DNA from: Chryseobacterium gleum
GTDB lineage: Bacteria; Bacteroidota; Bacteroidia; Flavobacteriales_F; PHOS-HE28
DNA length: 64,000 nt
Reading direction: 5' to 3'
Assembly: GCA_945872795.1 (NCBI GenBank)
Contig: CAMCAZ010000002.1
Coordinates: forward strand, 65,298-129,297
The notes beneath the pieces were generated by a model. That model was given only the letters and a program-made list of their open reading frames with translations. It did no database searches and was not told the origin of the DNA. The position numbers were made by a program, and so were the translations under genes. Every line of letters starts with the position of its first letter. Position 1 is the stretch's first letter. Positions 36,586 through 47,444 of this stretch are shown here, piece after piece.

Positions 36586-39080
36586 TGTCCGGGAAAGGCC
36601 TCTGGATGAGATCCGTGCTGCTGGGGGTCGCGACCACCGCCGCAGGGTGGGGACATGCCCAGACCACGCGGGTCAGCGGCAAGGTCACCGATGCGTCCAC
36701 CGGCGAAACGCTCCCCTTCGTGAACATCGCCTTCGTGGACAGCCGCATAGGCACCACCACGGATATCGAGGGCAACTACGCCATTGACACGTATTACGCC
36801 ACCGATTCGCTAAGGGTATCTTCCGTGGGCTACATCTCCCGCACCCTGTCCGTGCGCAAGGACCGCGCACAGGTGCTGGACATCACTCTGGAGCCGAACA
36901 AGGTGCAACTGGCCGAGGTGGTGATCCGCCCGCCCGATGAGAACCCTGCCTTCACCATCCTGCGCCGCGTGGTGCAGCACAAGCCCGCCAACAACCGTGA
37001 GAAGCTGGAGGCCTACGAATACCAGGCCTACAACAAGATCGAGTTCGACCTGAACAACATCACCGAGGAGTTCACGCAGAAGAAGCTCTTCAAACCCTTT
37101 GCCTTCATCTTCGACAACATCGACAGCAGTGGCACCAAACCCTACCTGCCGATCTTCATGACCGAGACCCTTTCGGAGGTCTTCTTCCGCCAGCGACCCA
37201 AGACCCAGCGGGAGGTGATCAAGGGGACGAAGGTGAGCGGTATTGAGAACGAAAGCGTGTCGCAGTTCATGGGCGACATGTACCAGAACATCAACATCTA
37301 CGACAATTACCTGGTGATCTTCGGTCGGAACTTCATCAGCCCCATTGCTGATGGTGGCAAGGGTTTCTACGAGTACTTCCTCACCGACAGCGCCTTCGTG
37401 GGAAAGTACTGGTGCTACAAGCTTGAGTTCAAGCCCAAACGCCCCCAGGAACTGGCATTCCAGGGCGAGATGTGGATCAATGATACCACCTATGCCGTGC
37501 GCCGGATCGAGGCCGGTATCCCCGAAGGGGCGAACCTCAACTTCGTGCAGGGCTTCTGGGTGCGGCAGGAGTACGACCAGGTGCAGAACGAGGTGTGGAT
37601 GCTGACCCGGGACGAGCTGGTCGCCGACCTGAACGTGATCCGCGACACCGGCAAGCCCAACAAGAACCCCGTGCAGGGTCTGTACGGTCGCCGTACGGCC
37701 AGCTACCGCGATTTCCTGGTGAACCGACCTCGGGAGGAGGAGTTCTACGCAGGGGCGGAGCAGGTGGTGATGGCCGTGGACCCGCTCAGCGAGCAGGACG
37801 GCTACTGGGAACAGAACAGGCACGTGCCGCTCACGGAAAAGGAGGCCGCTATCTACCACATGGTGGATACCATGAAGTCCATCCCACGGTTCCGGACCTA
37901 CATCGATATCGTGCAGACCGTGGTGACCGGCTACTATCCGATGGGGAACATCGAGCTCGGTCCCTACTTCACCACCTACAGCTTCAATGCGGTGGAGGGC
38001 AATCGTTTTCGAATGGGTGCGCGTACCAGCAGCCAGTGGAGCCGGCGCGTGGAGCTGGAGGGCTACCTGGCCTATGGTACGAAGGACCAGGAACTGAAGT
38101 ATGGTTTCGGAGGGAAGGCCTTGGTCTCCAAAGCGCCGCGGGTGATCGTGGGCGCGTATTACCGGCATGACATCGAGCAGTTGGGCCAGAGCGTGGGGGC
38201 CTTCCGGGAGGACAACATCCTGTCCTCCCTGTTCAGGAGACTGCCCAACGATAAGCTCACCCTGGTGGACGACTACCATGCCTACGTCGAGCGCGAGTGG
38301 TTCATGGGCTTCAGCAATACGGTGGCCTTCCGGCACCGCACCATGTTCCCGCGGGGAAGTCTGGCCTACGTCAGTGTGAGCGACGCCCAGGAGCCCGAGA
38401 TCATCAACAGCATCACCACTACGGAGCTGGCGCTCAACACCTATTTCGCCTACAAGGAGAAATACGTCAGCGGTGATTTCTCCCGGGTGAGCGTGGGCAC
38501 GCCGTATCCCGTGCTGCAGGCCCATCTGGTACACGGTTTCAAGGATATCCTGAACGGCGACTATGACTACACGAAGCTCATCCTCCGTGTCCAGCAACGC
38601 ATTCCCTTGGGTGCCCTGGGCTTCCTGCGTTACACGCTCACCGGGGGCAAGGTCTGGGGCACGCTTCCCTATCCGCTGTTGATCATCAATGCCGGCAACG
38701 AGACCTTCTACCTGGATGATATCGCCTTTAACTCCATGAACTTCTTTGAGTTCATCAACGACCGCGGCGCCACCATGTTCCTGGAGCAGCATTTCGACGG
38801 GCTCTTCTTCAACCGGGTACCCCTTTTCCGACGCCTGAAATGGCGGGAAGTGGTGGGGTTCAAGGCGGCCATCGGTGATCTGGATCCCAAGCAACGCGAG
38901 GAGATGGAGCTGCTGCCCTTCATGAACGACCTTAACAGCGGCCCCTTCATGGAGGCTTCGCTGGGGGTGGAGAACATCTTCAAGGTTATGCGCGTGGACG
39001 CCGTGCGACGCCTGACCTATCTGGACCTCCCCAACGCCAGGCCCTGGTCCCTCCGTCTAAAGCTTAACATCACCTTCTGA
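36582..39080 (+). CDS. Outer membrane protein with carboxypeptidase-regulatory-like N-domain (DUF5686-type)
   Basis: [57 protein letters not shown]; terminal Phe. Confidence 0.8.
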   Translation: MMSGKGLWMRSVLLGVATTAAGWGHAQTTRVSGKVTDASTGETLPFVNIAFVDSRIGTTTDIEGNYAIDTYYATDSLRVSSVGYISRTLSVRKDRAQVLDITLEPNKVQLAEVVIRPPDENPAFTILRRVVQHKPANNREKLEAYEYQAYNKIEFDLNNITEEFTQKKLFKPFAFIFDNIDSSGTKPYLPIFMTETLSEVFFRQRPKTQREVIKGTKVSGIENESVSQFMGDMYQNINIYDNYLVIFGRNFISPIADGGKGFYEYFLTDSAFVGKYWCYKLEFKPKRPQELAFQGEMWINDTTYAVRRIEAGIPEGANLNFVQGFWVRQEYDQVQNEVWMLTRDELVADLNVIRDTGKPNKNPVQGLYGRRTASYRDFLVNRPREEEFYAGAEQVVMAVDPLSEQDGYWEQNRHVPLTEKEAAIYHMVDTMKSIPRFRTYIDIVQTVVTGYYPMGNIELGPYFTTYSFNAVEGNRFRMGARTSSQWSRRVELEGYLAYGTKDQELKYGFGGKALVSKAPRVIVGAYYRHDIEQLGQSVGAFREDNILSSLFRRLPNDKLTLVDDYHAYVEREWFMGFSNTVAFRHRTMFPRGSLAYVSVSDAQEPEIINSITTTELALNTYFAYKEKYVSGDFSRVSVGTPYPVLQAHLVHGFKDILNGDYDYTKLILRVQQRIPLGALGFLRYTLTGGKVWGTLPYPLLIINAGNETFYLDDIAFNSMNFFEFINDRGATMFLEQHFDGLFFNRVPLFRRLKWREVVGFKAAIGDLDPKQREEMELLPFMNDLNSGPFMEASLGVENIFKVMRVDAVRRLTYLDLPNARPWSLRLKLNITF

Positions 39081-39084
39081 TCAC

Positions 39085-39816
39085 GTGCTCAAGGCTGTCA
39101 ATATCTTCAAACACTACAAGCGCCGCACGGTAGTGAACGGCGTGAGCGTGCACGTGGACCAGGGCGAGATCGTGGGTCTGCTGGGACCCAATGGTGCCGG
39201 CAAGACCACGAGCTTCTACATGATCGTGGGCCTGGTGAAGCCCAATGAGGGCAAGGTCCTGTTGGACGACGAGGACATCACGGACCTCGCCATGTACCGA
39301 CGGGCACAGAAAGGGATCGGCTACCTGCCTCAGGAGGCCAGCGTGTTCCGCAAGCTGAGCGTGGAGGATAACATCCGGGCCATCCTGGAAATGACGGGCA
39401 AGAGCAAGGCGGAGCAGGCGGCCAAGCTGGAGGAACTGCTCAATGAGTTCAGCCTGCAGCATGTGCGCAAGAACATGGGCGATGTGCTCAGCGGCGGCGA
39501 ACGGCGGAGGACGGAGATCGCCCGAGCGCTGGCCACCGAACCCCGGTTCATCCTGCTCGATGAGCCCTTTGCTGGTGTGGACCCCATCGCCGTGGAGGAC
39601 ATCCAGGCGATCGTCGCCAAACTGAAGGAGAAGAACATCGGCATCCTGATCACCGACCACAACGTGCAGGAGACCCTGAGCATCACCGACCGCGCCTACC
39701 TGCTCTTCGAGGGCAAGATCCTGAAGCAAGGGACGGCCGAGGAACTGGCCGCGGATGAGACGGTGCGGCGTGTCTATCTGGGGAAGAACTTCGAGTTGCG
39801 AAAGAAGACCGTTTAG
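39085..39816 (+). CDS. lptB: LPS export ABC transporter ATP-binding protein
   Basis: [60 protein letters not shown]. Confidence 0.96.
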   Translation: MLKAVNIFKHYKRRTVVNGVSVHVDQGEIVGLLGPNGAGKTTSFYMIVGLVKPNEGKVLLDDEDITDLAMYRRAQKGIGYLPQEASVFRKLSVEDNIRAILEMTGKSKAEQAAKLEELLNEFSLQHVRKNMGDVLSGGERRRTEIARALATEPRFILLDEPFAGVDPIAVEDIQAIVAKLKEKNIGILITDHNVQETLSITDRAYLLFEGKILKQGTAEELAADETVRRVYLGKNFELRKKTV

Positions 39817-39931
39817 GCCGATCACATCGATCCTCGGGTCAGACCCATGGAACTGCTTGGAATGGTCGACCCAATGGGCCCGAGGCCTCGGGCGACGCCA
39901 TGGGTGCCATGGGCACCCTTCGCGGTAACTG

Positions 39932-40189
39932 TTATGCCAGTTCTTCGATCGAGAAGCTGTACTTCTCCATGATCTGGTTGGCCAGCAGTTTCTTACAGGC
40001 CTCGTCCACCTTGGCCTCGGCGCCTTTCTTGTCGGCGGCCTCCACGTGCAGGGTGATGTGTTTGCCGATGCGCACGCCGCTGATCTCGGGCAGGCCCAGG
40101 TTGCCCATCGCACCGGTCACAGCCTTGCCTTGCGGATCCAGCAGATTGTCGTGTGGCATCACATCGATGGAGGCGCGGAAGTTCTTCAT
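39932..40189 (-). CDS. purS: Phosphoribosylformylglycinamidine synthase subunit PurS
   Basis: LLDPQGKAV, VRIGKHI, KLLANQIME; ATG 40189. Confidence 0.93.
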   Translation of the reverse strand: MKNFRASIDVMPHDNLLDPQGKAVTGAMGNLGLPEISGVRIGKHITLHVEAADKKGAEAKVDEACKKLLANQIMEKYSFSIEELA

Positions 40190-40285
40190 GGGTGCAAAGA
40201 TGGGAACGGGATCGTTGTCGTGGCTCCCGTAGCGTCGACCCACTGGGTCGATCGATACGATGCCACCCATGCCCGTCCAACTGGT

Positions 40286-41065
40286 TCAATAACCCGCCTT
40301 GCCGAACACCCGCCTCCACAATGGGCTGAGGATGTACAGGACCATGATCAGCGGCACGGCCAGGATCCCGTACCCCACCACCAGCACGGCGCCGAGCCCC
40401 GCCAGCAGGTAGACCACCTGGTTTCCCTGCCAACGGAAGTGCTTGAACTTCAAGCCGGGGAGGGGGAGCTCGGAGAGCATGAGCGCGGCCATTCCCACGC
40501 AGACGATGAGCAATGCGGTGGAGGACCTCAGCAGGCTGACCACCAGACCGGCGAGCACGTCGGAACCGGGACCCGGATGCACGGCCACGTTCAAGCTGAC
40601 CAGGACCATCGACGCCCAGAAAAGACCGTTAGCGGGGGTGGGCAACCCAAGGAATCCGCTGGTTTGCCGGGTGTCGAGATTGAATTTCGCCAATCGCCAG
40701 CACGAAGCCACGACCAGAAGGAGAATGGCGGCTTTGATCGTGATGTCCGCAGTTGAGTACGGCAGCCCCAAAGGTCCAGGCAGATCAAGCTCGATCATGG
40801 TGCCGCTTGTCAGGAAAACAATGAACGCCGGCGCCACCCCGAACGTCACCATATCCGCCAGACTGTCCAGCTGGGCTCCCAAGGGTGAGCCGCCGCCCAG
40901 TGCCCGGGCCGCCAGGCCGTCCAGCACATCGAAGAAGGCTCCGATGAACACAAGCCAACACGCCCATGTTAACTGTCCTTGGGAGGCTAACAGGATGGAA
41001 CCCATGCCGCACGCTAGGTTCGCGGTCGTGAGCTGGTCCGGAATGCGCGGTAGGCGTGCCATCAT
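40286..41065 (-). CDS. pssA: CDP-alcohol phosphatidyltransferase (phosphatidylserine synthase type)
   Basis: FDVLDGLAAR...GAQLDSLADMVTFGVAP, RLAKFN, FLGLPTPA. Confidence 0.85.
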   Translation of the reverse strand: MMARLPRIPDQLTTANLACGMGSILLASQGQLTWACWLVFIGAFFDVLDGLAARALGGGSPLGAQLDSLADMVTFGVAPAFIVFLTSGTMIELDLPGPLGLPYSTADITIKAAILLLVVASCWRLAKFNLDTRQTSGFLGLPTPANGLFWASMVLVSLNVAVHPGPGSDVLAGLVVSLLRSSTALLIVCVGMAALMLSELPLPGLKFKHFRWQGNQVVYLLAGLGAVLVVGYGILAVPLIMVLYILSPLWRRVFGKAGY

Positions 41066-41173
41066 GGAGCACCTTCTGGAGGCGAGTGCGTGTTGTGGGG
41101 CCGAAGTTGGGATAAATTCGGGGCAATATCAGAGGCCACCAAGAGTTAGTAGCTGCGTCAATACATCATCGGA

Positions 41174-42277
41174 ATGAAGATCGGGAGCATGAAGGGTATG
41201 CGCAGCATGGTGGCCGTTTCGCTGGCCGTTTGGGGAGCTTCGGGCGCCATCGCGCAGGATGCACCCAAGTACAGCAACGAGTTCCTCGCCATCGGCGTGG
41301 GCGCCCGCGCCCTAGGCATGGGCAGCGCCTACACCAGCGTGGTGAACGACGTGACCAGTGGCTATTGGAACCCGGCGGGCCTGCTGGGCGTGAAGGGCGA
41401 CCTGCAGGTGGGGGCCATGCACAGCGAGTACTTCGCGGGCATCGCCAAGTACGACCACATCGGCATCGCCAAGCCCATCGATTCGCTCAGCGCCATCAGC
41501 TTCACCTTCGTCCGCTTCGGCATCGACAACATCCCGAACACCATCGACCTGATCGATCCCTCGGGCAACATCGATTACGACCGGATCACGTCCTTCAGTT
41601 CGGCGGACCATGCTTTCATCATTAGTTACGCCCGCAAGTTGAGCGTGCCCGGCCTGCGCCTGGGAGGCAGTGCCAAGGTGATCTACCGCCGGGTGGGGGA
41701 GTTTGGCAAGGCCTGGGGTTTCGGGCTCGACGCCGGAGCGCAATATGAACGGAACCGCTGGCGGTTCTCGGCCGTGGCCCGTGACGTGACCGGCACCTTC
41801 AATGCGTGGAGCTACACGCTGGACCAGCGCACCATCGATGTCTTCAGCCAGACCGGCAACGACATTCCGGTGAACAGCGTGGAGGTGACCCTGCCCCGCC
41901 TGATGCTGGGCGCGGCACACCAGTTCAAGTTCGGGTCGAAGTTCGATCTCATCGCTGCCGTTGAGCTGGAGAACACCTTTGATGGGCAGCGGAACACGCT
42001 CATCCAAAGTGATGCGATCAGCAGCGATCCGCGCCTGGGTTTCGAGCTGGGCTATGCGGGCATCGTGTACATCCGGACGGGGATCTCCAACATCCAGTAC
42101 GTCACGGATATCGCCGACCAGCGGGAACTGTCCATCCAACCCAACATCGGACTGGGCCTGAAGATCAAGAGCTTCTCGCTGGACTATGCCCTCACGGATA
42201 TCGGTGATAACAGCGTGGCGCTTTACTCCAACATCTTCTCCATCAAGTTCGACCTCTTCAAGAAGACCGCTGCATGA
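41174..42277 (+). CDS. PorV/PorQ-family outer membrane beta-barrel (PorV2-like)
   Basis: KYSNEFLAIGVGARALGMG, YWNPAGL, HSEYFAGIAKYD, LDYALTDIG. Confidence 0.82.
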   Translation: MKIGSMKGMRSMVAVSLAVWGASGAIAQDAPKYSNEFLAIGVGARALGMGSAYTSVVNDVTSGYWNPAGLLGVKGDLQVGAMHSEYFAGIAKYDHIGIAKPIDSLSAISFTFVRFGIDNIPNTIDLIDPSGNIDYDRITSFSSADHAFIISYARKLSVPGLRLGGSAKVIYRRVGEFGKAWGFGLDAGAQYERNRWRFSAVARDVTGTFNAWSYTLDQRTIDVFSQTGNDIPVNSVEVTLPRLMLGAAHQFKFGSKFDLIAAVELENTFDGQRNTLIQSDAISSDPRLGFELGYAGIVYIRTGISNIQYVTDIADQRELSIQPNIGLGLKIKSFSLDYALTDIGDNSVALYSNIFSIKFDLFKKTAA

Positions 42278-45200
42278 CAAGAGCCTTATTCGCGGTCCTG
42301 GTGTTCCTGAACGTGACCAATGCGGTCGCACAGTTGTCGTATGGCAACGAATGGATCGACCATGACCGGCAGTATTGGCGCTTCGAGGTGGTGAAGGACG
42401 GGCTGCACCGCATCGACCGGGACGTGCTCATCGCAGCCGGGTTCCCGGTGAGCACAGTGGATCCTCGGGATCTGATGCTCTTCAGCCGGGAGAAGCAGGT
42501 TCCCCTCTTCGTTTCCGGGGAAAATGACGGGGTCTTCGATCCCGATGACTTCATCGAGTTCCGGGGCTTCCGCAACGATGCCTGGCTGGATGCCAAGATG
42601 TTCCCGGCACCGGAGATGCTGGGCAACCCCTACTACAGCTTCGTGAACGATACCATCCGCTACTTCCTTACCTGGGATAGCGATCCAGGGGTGGATAAGA
42701 AGCACATCGTGGCCCAGGCCGAGCTGCCCACGGCCGGTTATCCCATCGTTCCCTACTATTGGGGGGAGGTGGTCCGTGCACGGAATGGACTTTATTTTCT
42801 AGGACCCACGGCCAATTTTGGAGGTAGCAGTGGGCAGTACGTGGAGGGGGAAGGGTGGTACGACAGCAACCCCACGAATCTGGCCGGTGATTCGGTGGAC
42901 CGGCAGATGACGTTACCCACACCGCGCAAGTATACCGGGGCAGATGCCCCCGATGCAACCATCCGGGCGACCGTGGTGGGGACAGGCAATCCGGGTGGTG
43001 TGTACAACGCGGACGACCATCACGTGAAGATCGTCTATGGTGCTTCACCCGGCATCGCCGCGGTGGATACCATCTACCGCGGGCACAAGGTGGTCAATAT
43101 GTCCTTCCTGGCGCCGCAAGCGAACATTGCGACCAATACGGTGATCCGGTTCAGGGTCCTCCGCGACCTGTTCGATGGTCCTGGGCAGGTGGGCTATTTC
43201 CAGCCCGGCTATACGGATAAGCAGGCCATGGCCTTCGGCGCAGTGCGCTATGCCAAGATGTTCCATCTGGACAACGATACGTCCCAGGCCATGGGTATTC
43301 CCGATCTGGACGGGGACGGATTCCTGCACCTGGATTTCAGTAACCTCGCCGGAACACCAGTGATCTATGCCCAAGGTGATACGTTGCGCCGGGTGATCCC
43401 CACGCCCTCCGGTGCCCGATGGAAGGCCTTGTTACAGGCCGATCCCGACTCGGCGCTCACCGATGCCTTCGTGTTCGCGCAGGAGAACATTGCGCCCATC
43501 ACTTCACTCAAGCGGGTGAACGGTACCGGCTTCTTTACGGACTTCACGGCCAACCCGGTGGATTCCGCCATGTTGATCGTAGCCCATAGCACGCTGATGG
43601 GCGTGGCCCAGGATTACGCTGACTTCCGGGAGACGAGCCAACGCAACCGATACAATACCCTGGTGGTGGATGTGGACGAGCTCTACGACCAGTTCGGGGG
43701 CGGGATCCCCAAACATGCCTTCGCCATCCGGCGTTGGGCCAGGTTCCTTCTTGATTCGTGGAACAGTGATCCCCGGGCATTGTTCCTCATCGGCAAGTCA
43801 GTCCAGAACGTGAAGGTCAATGCCTCCACCCAAGGTATCCGTCCAGATTCCGACGGCGCCTATGCCACCTGCCTGGTCCCCACCTTTGGCCACCCGGCCT
43901 CCGATGTCGGCTTCACCATCGGACTGCGCTTCGACCCGCGCAAGGTGGAGATCCCCGTAGGACGGCTGAGCGTGTACACTCCCGATGAAGTCACTTGGTA
44001 TATGGAGAAGGTGCAGGCCCTGGAGTCTCAGGAACCTGACGTCTGGATGAAGAACATCCTGCATTTCGCCGGTGGGCTTGCCCCGGGCGAAGCCGAAGGG
44101 TTCGTCAATACCCTGAATTCATATCGGGCGGTGGCCGTGGACACCTCATTCGGTGCGAATGTGGCGACCTTCAAGAAGAACACCTCCGACATCTTCCAAC
44201 AGGCCTCTGCGGATTCCGTACGCAGGTATATTGAGGAGGGTGTCACCGTCATGACCTTTCTGGCCCACGCCTATGCCAGCAGCTTCGACATCACCATCGA
44301 TGAGCCCTCGAATTACCAATGGAACGGCAAGCATCCCTTGGTGATCGGCAACTCCTGCTATATCGGCAACATCCACCAGAACAACCGCCTGAGCAAGGGA
44401 GAGGATTGGGTCCTTGAGCCGGCAACGGGTCCCATCGCGTTCCTTGCCACCACTGAGCTATCGCTGGCGCCCTATCTGGCTTCCTACACGGATGCCTTCT
44501 ACCGCAGTTTTTGCAGGCTGAACTATGGCGGAAGTATCGGTGAGCACATGAAGCATGCGGTGTTCCAATCGATGAGCAACAGCACCGACCTCAATACGGT
44601 GCATACCGCGCACACCTTCACCCTGCAGGGTGATCCCACCATCGTCCTGAACTCCTTCGACAAGCCGGACTACAGTGTGGATCAGGCCGATGTCCTTTAT
44701 GATCCCGATCCGGTGACCGCTGACGCCGATACCTTCCAGGTGAAGGCGGTGGTGGTGAACAATGCCAAAGCCGTGAACGGCCCGGTGCGCGTGGTGTTGC
44801 AGCGTTCGAACCCCTCGTTGGGCGCGACCCAGGAGTACTTCGCCGAGATCAATAACGTGTATCTCCGAGATACCGCTTACTTCAGTGTGCCCACCATGGG
44901 CAATGCCGGTGGGCAGGGCATCAACGGCATGCAGGTGCGGGTGGACCTCGACCCGGATGTGATCCCGGAGCTCGATGACACCGGCAACAACTCCACAGTG
45001 AGCTCGCTCTTCATCACTTCGGGTGATCTGATCCCGATCTATCCCTACGACTATGCCATCGTGCCCGATCCCATACAGCCGCTGAAGGCCAGTACCGGTG
45101 ATCCCTTCGCGGTCCCCCGGAACTATGTGTTCCAGATCGATACCACCGATCTCTTCAACAGCCCGCAACGGGAGGTCGCCACGGTATCGGCGCCCGGCGG

Positions 45201-47424
45201 GGTGGTGAGCTGGACACCCCAGTCCATTTACAACTTGAACAACCTGCAGGACAGCACGGTGTTCTACTGGCGCTGCAGCATCGACAGCACCGGGAACGGT
45301 GGCTACAACTGGTACGAGCGTTCGTTCCAATACATTCCGGGCAAGCATGGCTGGGGGCAGTCGCACTATTTCCAGTTCAAGAACAACAGCTTTTCCAACG
45401 TGGTCTACGACAGACCGCAGCGCGCCTTTGATTTCTTCACGGGGCAGCGCAACATCAGGGCACAGGTGCATGACAGTGTCTACAGTCCATATACTGAATG
45501 GTCCATCGATCTGGAACCCCAGGACTATAACGGCTGCGGTACTGCAGCGGGCTGGCATGTCGCCGTGGTGGATCCCGGCTCTTTTGAGGCCTGGGGGACC
45601 AGCTACAACGGGGAGAACCCACAGAACAATTTCGGCAACCTGAACCAGAACGGTGTCTGCGGGTCCCGGGTGCGTAAGTTCTTCACCTTCCTCACCAACA
45701 ATGCGACCCAACTGGCCGGGATGCGCAACATGCTGGAGAATGCCGTGCCCGACGGTCACCATGTGCTCTGTTACACGTGGATGTACCTGGACAAGGATGG
45801 TATGGACGCCAACGCACCCGGCATGGTGGATTTCCTTGCCACGCTCGGGGCCGACCTCAGCACAGTACCGGACAGTGTGGCCTACATTTTCTATTACCGC
45901 AAGGGCGTTCCGGGCTCCTTCCAACAGGCCATCGCCCCTCAGGTGTTCCCGCCCAATGAGCCCGAATACGTCAACCTTTCCGTTTGGGTGGACAGTCCCG
46001 CGAACCAAGGGACCATCACTACCATGGAGGCGGGGCCTGCTCAGTCGTGGGGTAAGCTGTATTGGAACGACCGTGCCCAGGACGCAGGTGACAGCACGCG
46101 GATCCAATTGCGCGGCATATCTACTTCCGGTGCCGAGGTCGATCTGGCCAACGAATTGACCAATGACCTGTCGCCCATCGATTCCTTGGATCTCAGCCAG
46201 CTCATCAGTGCCGAAGATTATCCCACCCTGCGGATCCGTGGCCATTTCTTCGATACGGATCAGGCTGCAGCTCCGGACCCTTCACAAATGGTCCGGTGGC
46301 AACTGCTGAGCGCGCCGGTCCCGGAATGTGCCATCGATCCGCCACAGGGCTTCGTCCAGATCCAGGAGGGCCTCTTCGAAGGCCAGGAAGCACGCGTTGC
46401 GGTGGCTGTCCACAATGTCAGTCTGTTCGATATGGACAGCCTGCTGATGGGGGCGTGGGTGCTCGATCGCAACAACCAACGCCGCACGGTGCACTACCGC
46501 TTGAACGCGCCCCTCACTGCCGGTGCAACGCTCCTGGATACCATCCGCTTCTCCACCAATGGCTTCGGCGGTCCCAATACACTGATCATCGAGGCCAACC
46601 CCATCGACACCCTCACCGGGGTATATGATCAGGTGGAGCAGTACCGCTTCAACAATATCGCCCAGCTCCGCTTCGAGATCGCCGTCGATGACCAGAACCC
46701 CCTCCTCGACGTCACCTTCGACGGCATGCGCATCCTCGATGGTGACATCGTATCCGCACGGCCCGAGATCGAAATGGTACTGGACGACGAGAACACGGTG
46801 CTGTTGCACGATTCTCCTGCGGACACGGCCCTGTTCAAGGTGTATCTGACGCGTCCGGGAGCCGCCCTCGAACGCGTGTATTTCCGCACCAATGCGGGGG
46901 TGGAGAATATGCAGTTCATCCCGGCATCGGGCCCGGACAATGAGGCGCGCATCCTCTTCCGTCCGGTGTTCACCGTGGATGGCACCTACACCTTGACCGT
47001 GCAGGCCAACGACCGAAGCAACAACGCTTCCGGGGACCGCGAGATGAAGGTGAGCTTCGAGGTCGTCAACCGGCCCACGATCACCGAGGTGCTGAACTAC
47101 CCGAACCCCTTCACCACCAGCACCCGCTTCGTCTTCACCGTCACCGGCACCGAGGCGCCCACCTACATGAAGATCCAGATCATGACCATCACAGGCAAAG
47201 TGGTGCGTGAGGTGCGCATGAACGAGCTGGGGCCACTGCGTGTGGGACGCAACATGACGGAGTTCGCCTGGGATGGCACCGATGAGTTCGGTGACCGGCT
47301 GGCCCGAGGGGTCTACCTGTACCGCGTGATCGCACAGTTGCATGGGCAGGACATCGAGCAGCGCGAGACCAATGCCTCCCAGTACTTCTCCAAGGGCATC
47401 GGTAAAATGTACCTGTTGAGATAG
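42274..47424 (+). CDS. C25 (gingipain-family) cysteine peptidase, PorU2-like T9SS sortase homolog
   Basis: YGNEWI, DVDELYDQFGGG, LFLIGK, PVGRL, W.KNILHF.GG, His (FLAHA) and Cys (GNSCYIG), LQGDP; C-terminal NYPNPFTTSTRF..WDG.DEFGDRLARGVYLY. Confidence 0.85.
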   Translation: MTRALFAVLVFLNVTNAVAQLSYGNEWIDHDRQYWRFEVVKDGLHRIDRDVLIAAGFPVSTVDPRDLMLFSREKQVPLFVSGENDGVFDPDDFIEFRGFRNDAWLDAKMFPAPEMLGNPYYSFVNDTIRYFLTWDSDPGVDKKHIVAQAELPTAGYPIVPYYWGEVVRARNGLYFLGPTANFGGSSGQYVEGEGWYDSNPTNLAGDSVDRQMTLPTPRKYTGADAPDATIRATVVGTGNPGGVYNADDHHVKIVYGASPGIAAVDTIYRGHKVVNMSFLAPQANIATNTVIRFRVLRDLFDGPGQVGYFQPGYTDKQAMAFGAVRYAKMFHLDNDTSQAMGIPDLDGDGFLHLDFSNLAGTPVIYAQGDTLRRVIPTPSGARWKALLQADPDSALTDAFVFAQENIAPITSLKRVNGTGFFTDFTANPVDSAMLIVAHSTLMGVAQDYADFRETSQRNRYNTLVVDVDELYDQFGGGIPKHAFAIRRWARFLLDSWNSDPRALFLIGKSVQNVKVNASTQGIRPDSDGAYATCLVPTFGHPASDVGFTIGLRFDPRKVEIPVGRLSVYTPDEVTWYMEKVQALESQEPDVWMKNILHFAGGLAPGEAEGFVNTLNSYRAVAVDTSFGANVATFKKNTSDIFQQASADSVRRYIEEGVTVMTFLAHAYASSFDITIDEPSNYQWNGKHPLVIGNSCYIGNIHQNNRLSKGEDWVLEPATGPIAFLATTELSLAPYLASYTDAFYRSFCRLNYGGSIGEHMKHAVFQSMSNSTDLNTVHTAHTFTLQGDPTIVLNSFDKPDYSVDQADVLYDPDPVTADADTFQVKAVVVNNAKAVNGPVRVVLQRSNPSLGATQEYFAEINNVYLRDTAYFSVPTMGNAGGQGINGMQVRVDLDPDVIPELDDTGNNSTVSSLFITSGDLIPIYPYDYAIVPDPIQPLKASTGDPFAVPRNYVFQIDTTDLFNSPQREVATVSAPGGVVSWTPQSIYNLNNLQDSTVFYWRCSIDSTGNGGYNWYERSFQYIPGKHGWGQSHYFQFKNNSFSNVVYDRPQRAFDFFTGQRNIRAQVHDSVYSPYTEWSIDLEPQDYNGCGTAAGWHVAVVDPGSFEAWGTSYNGENPQNNFGNLNQNGVCGSRVRKFFTFLTNNATQLAGMRNMLENAVPDGHHVLCYTWMYLDKDGMDANAPGMVDFLATLGADLSTVPDSVAYIFYYRKGVPGSFQQAIAPQVFPPNEPEYVNLSVWVDSPANQGTITTMEAGPAQSWGKLYWNDRAQDAGDSTRIQLRGISTSGAEVDLANELTNDLSPIDSLDLSQLISAEDYPTLRIRGHFFDTDQAAAPDPSQMVRWQLLSAPVPECAIDPPQGFVQIQEGLFEGQEARVAVAVHNVSLFDMDSLLMGAWVLDRNNQRRTVHYRLNAPLTAGATLLDTIRFSTNGFGGPNTLIIEANPIDTLTGVYDQVEQYRFNNIAQLRFEIAVDDQNPLLDVTFDGMRILDGDIVSARPEIEMVLDDENTVLLHDSPADTALFKVYLTRPGAALERVYFRTNAGVENMQFIPASGPDNEARILFRPVFTVDGTYTLTVQANDRSNNASGDREMKVSFEVVNRPTITEVLNYPNPFTTSTRFVFTVTGTEAPTYMKIQIMTITGKVVREVRMNELGPLRVGRNMTEFAWDGTDEFGDRLARGVYLYRVIAQLHGQDIEQRETNASQYFSKGIGKMYLLR

Positions 47425-47444
47425 CCCGGTCTACTTTCGTGCCC

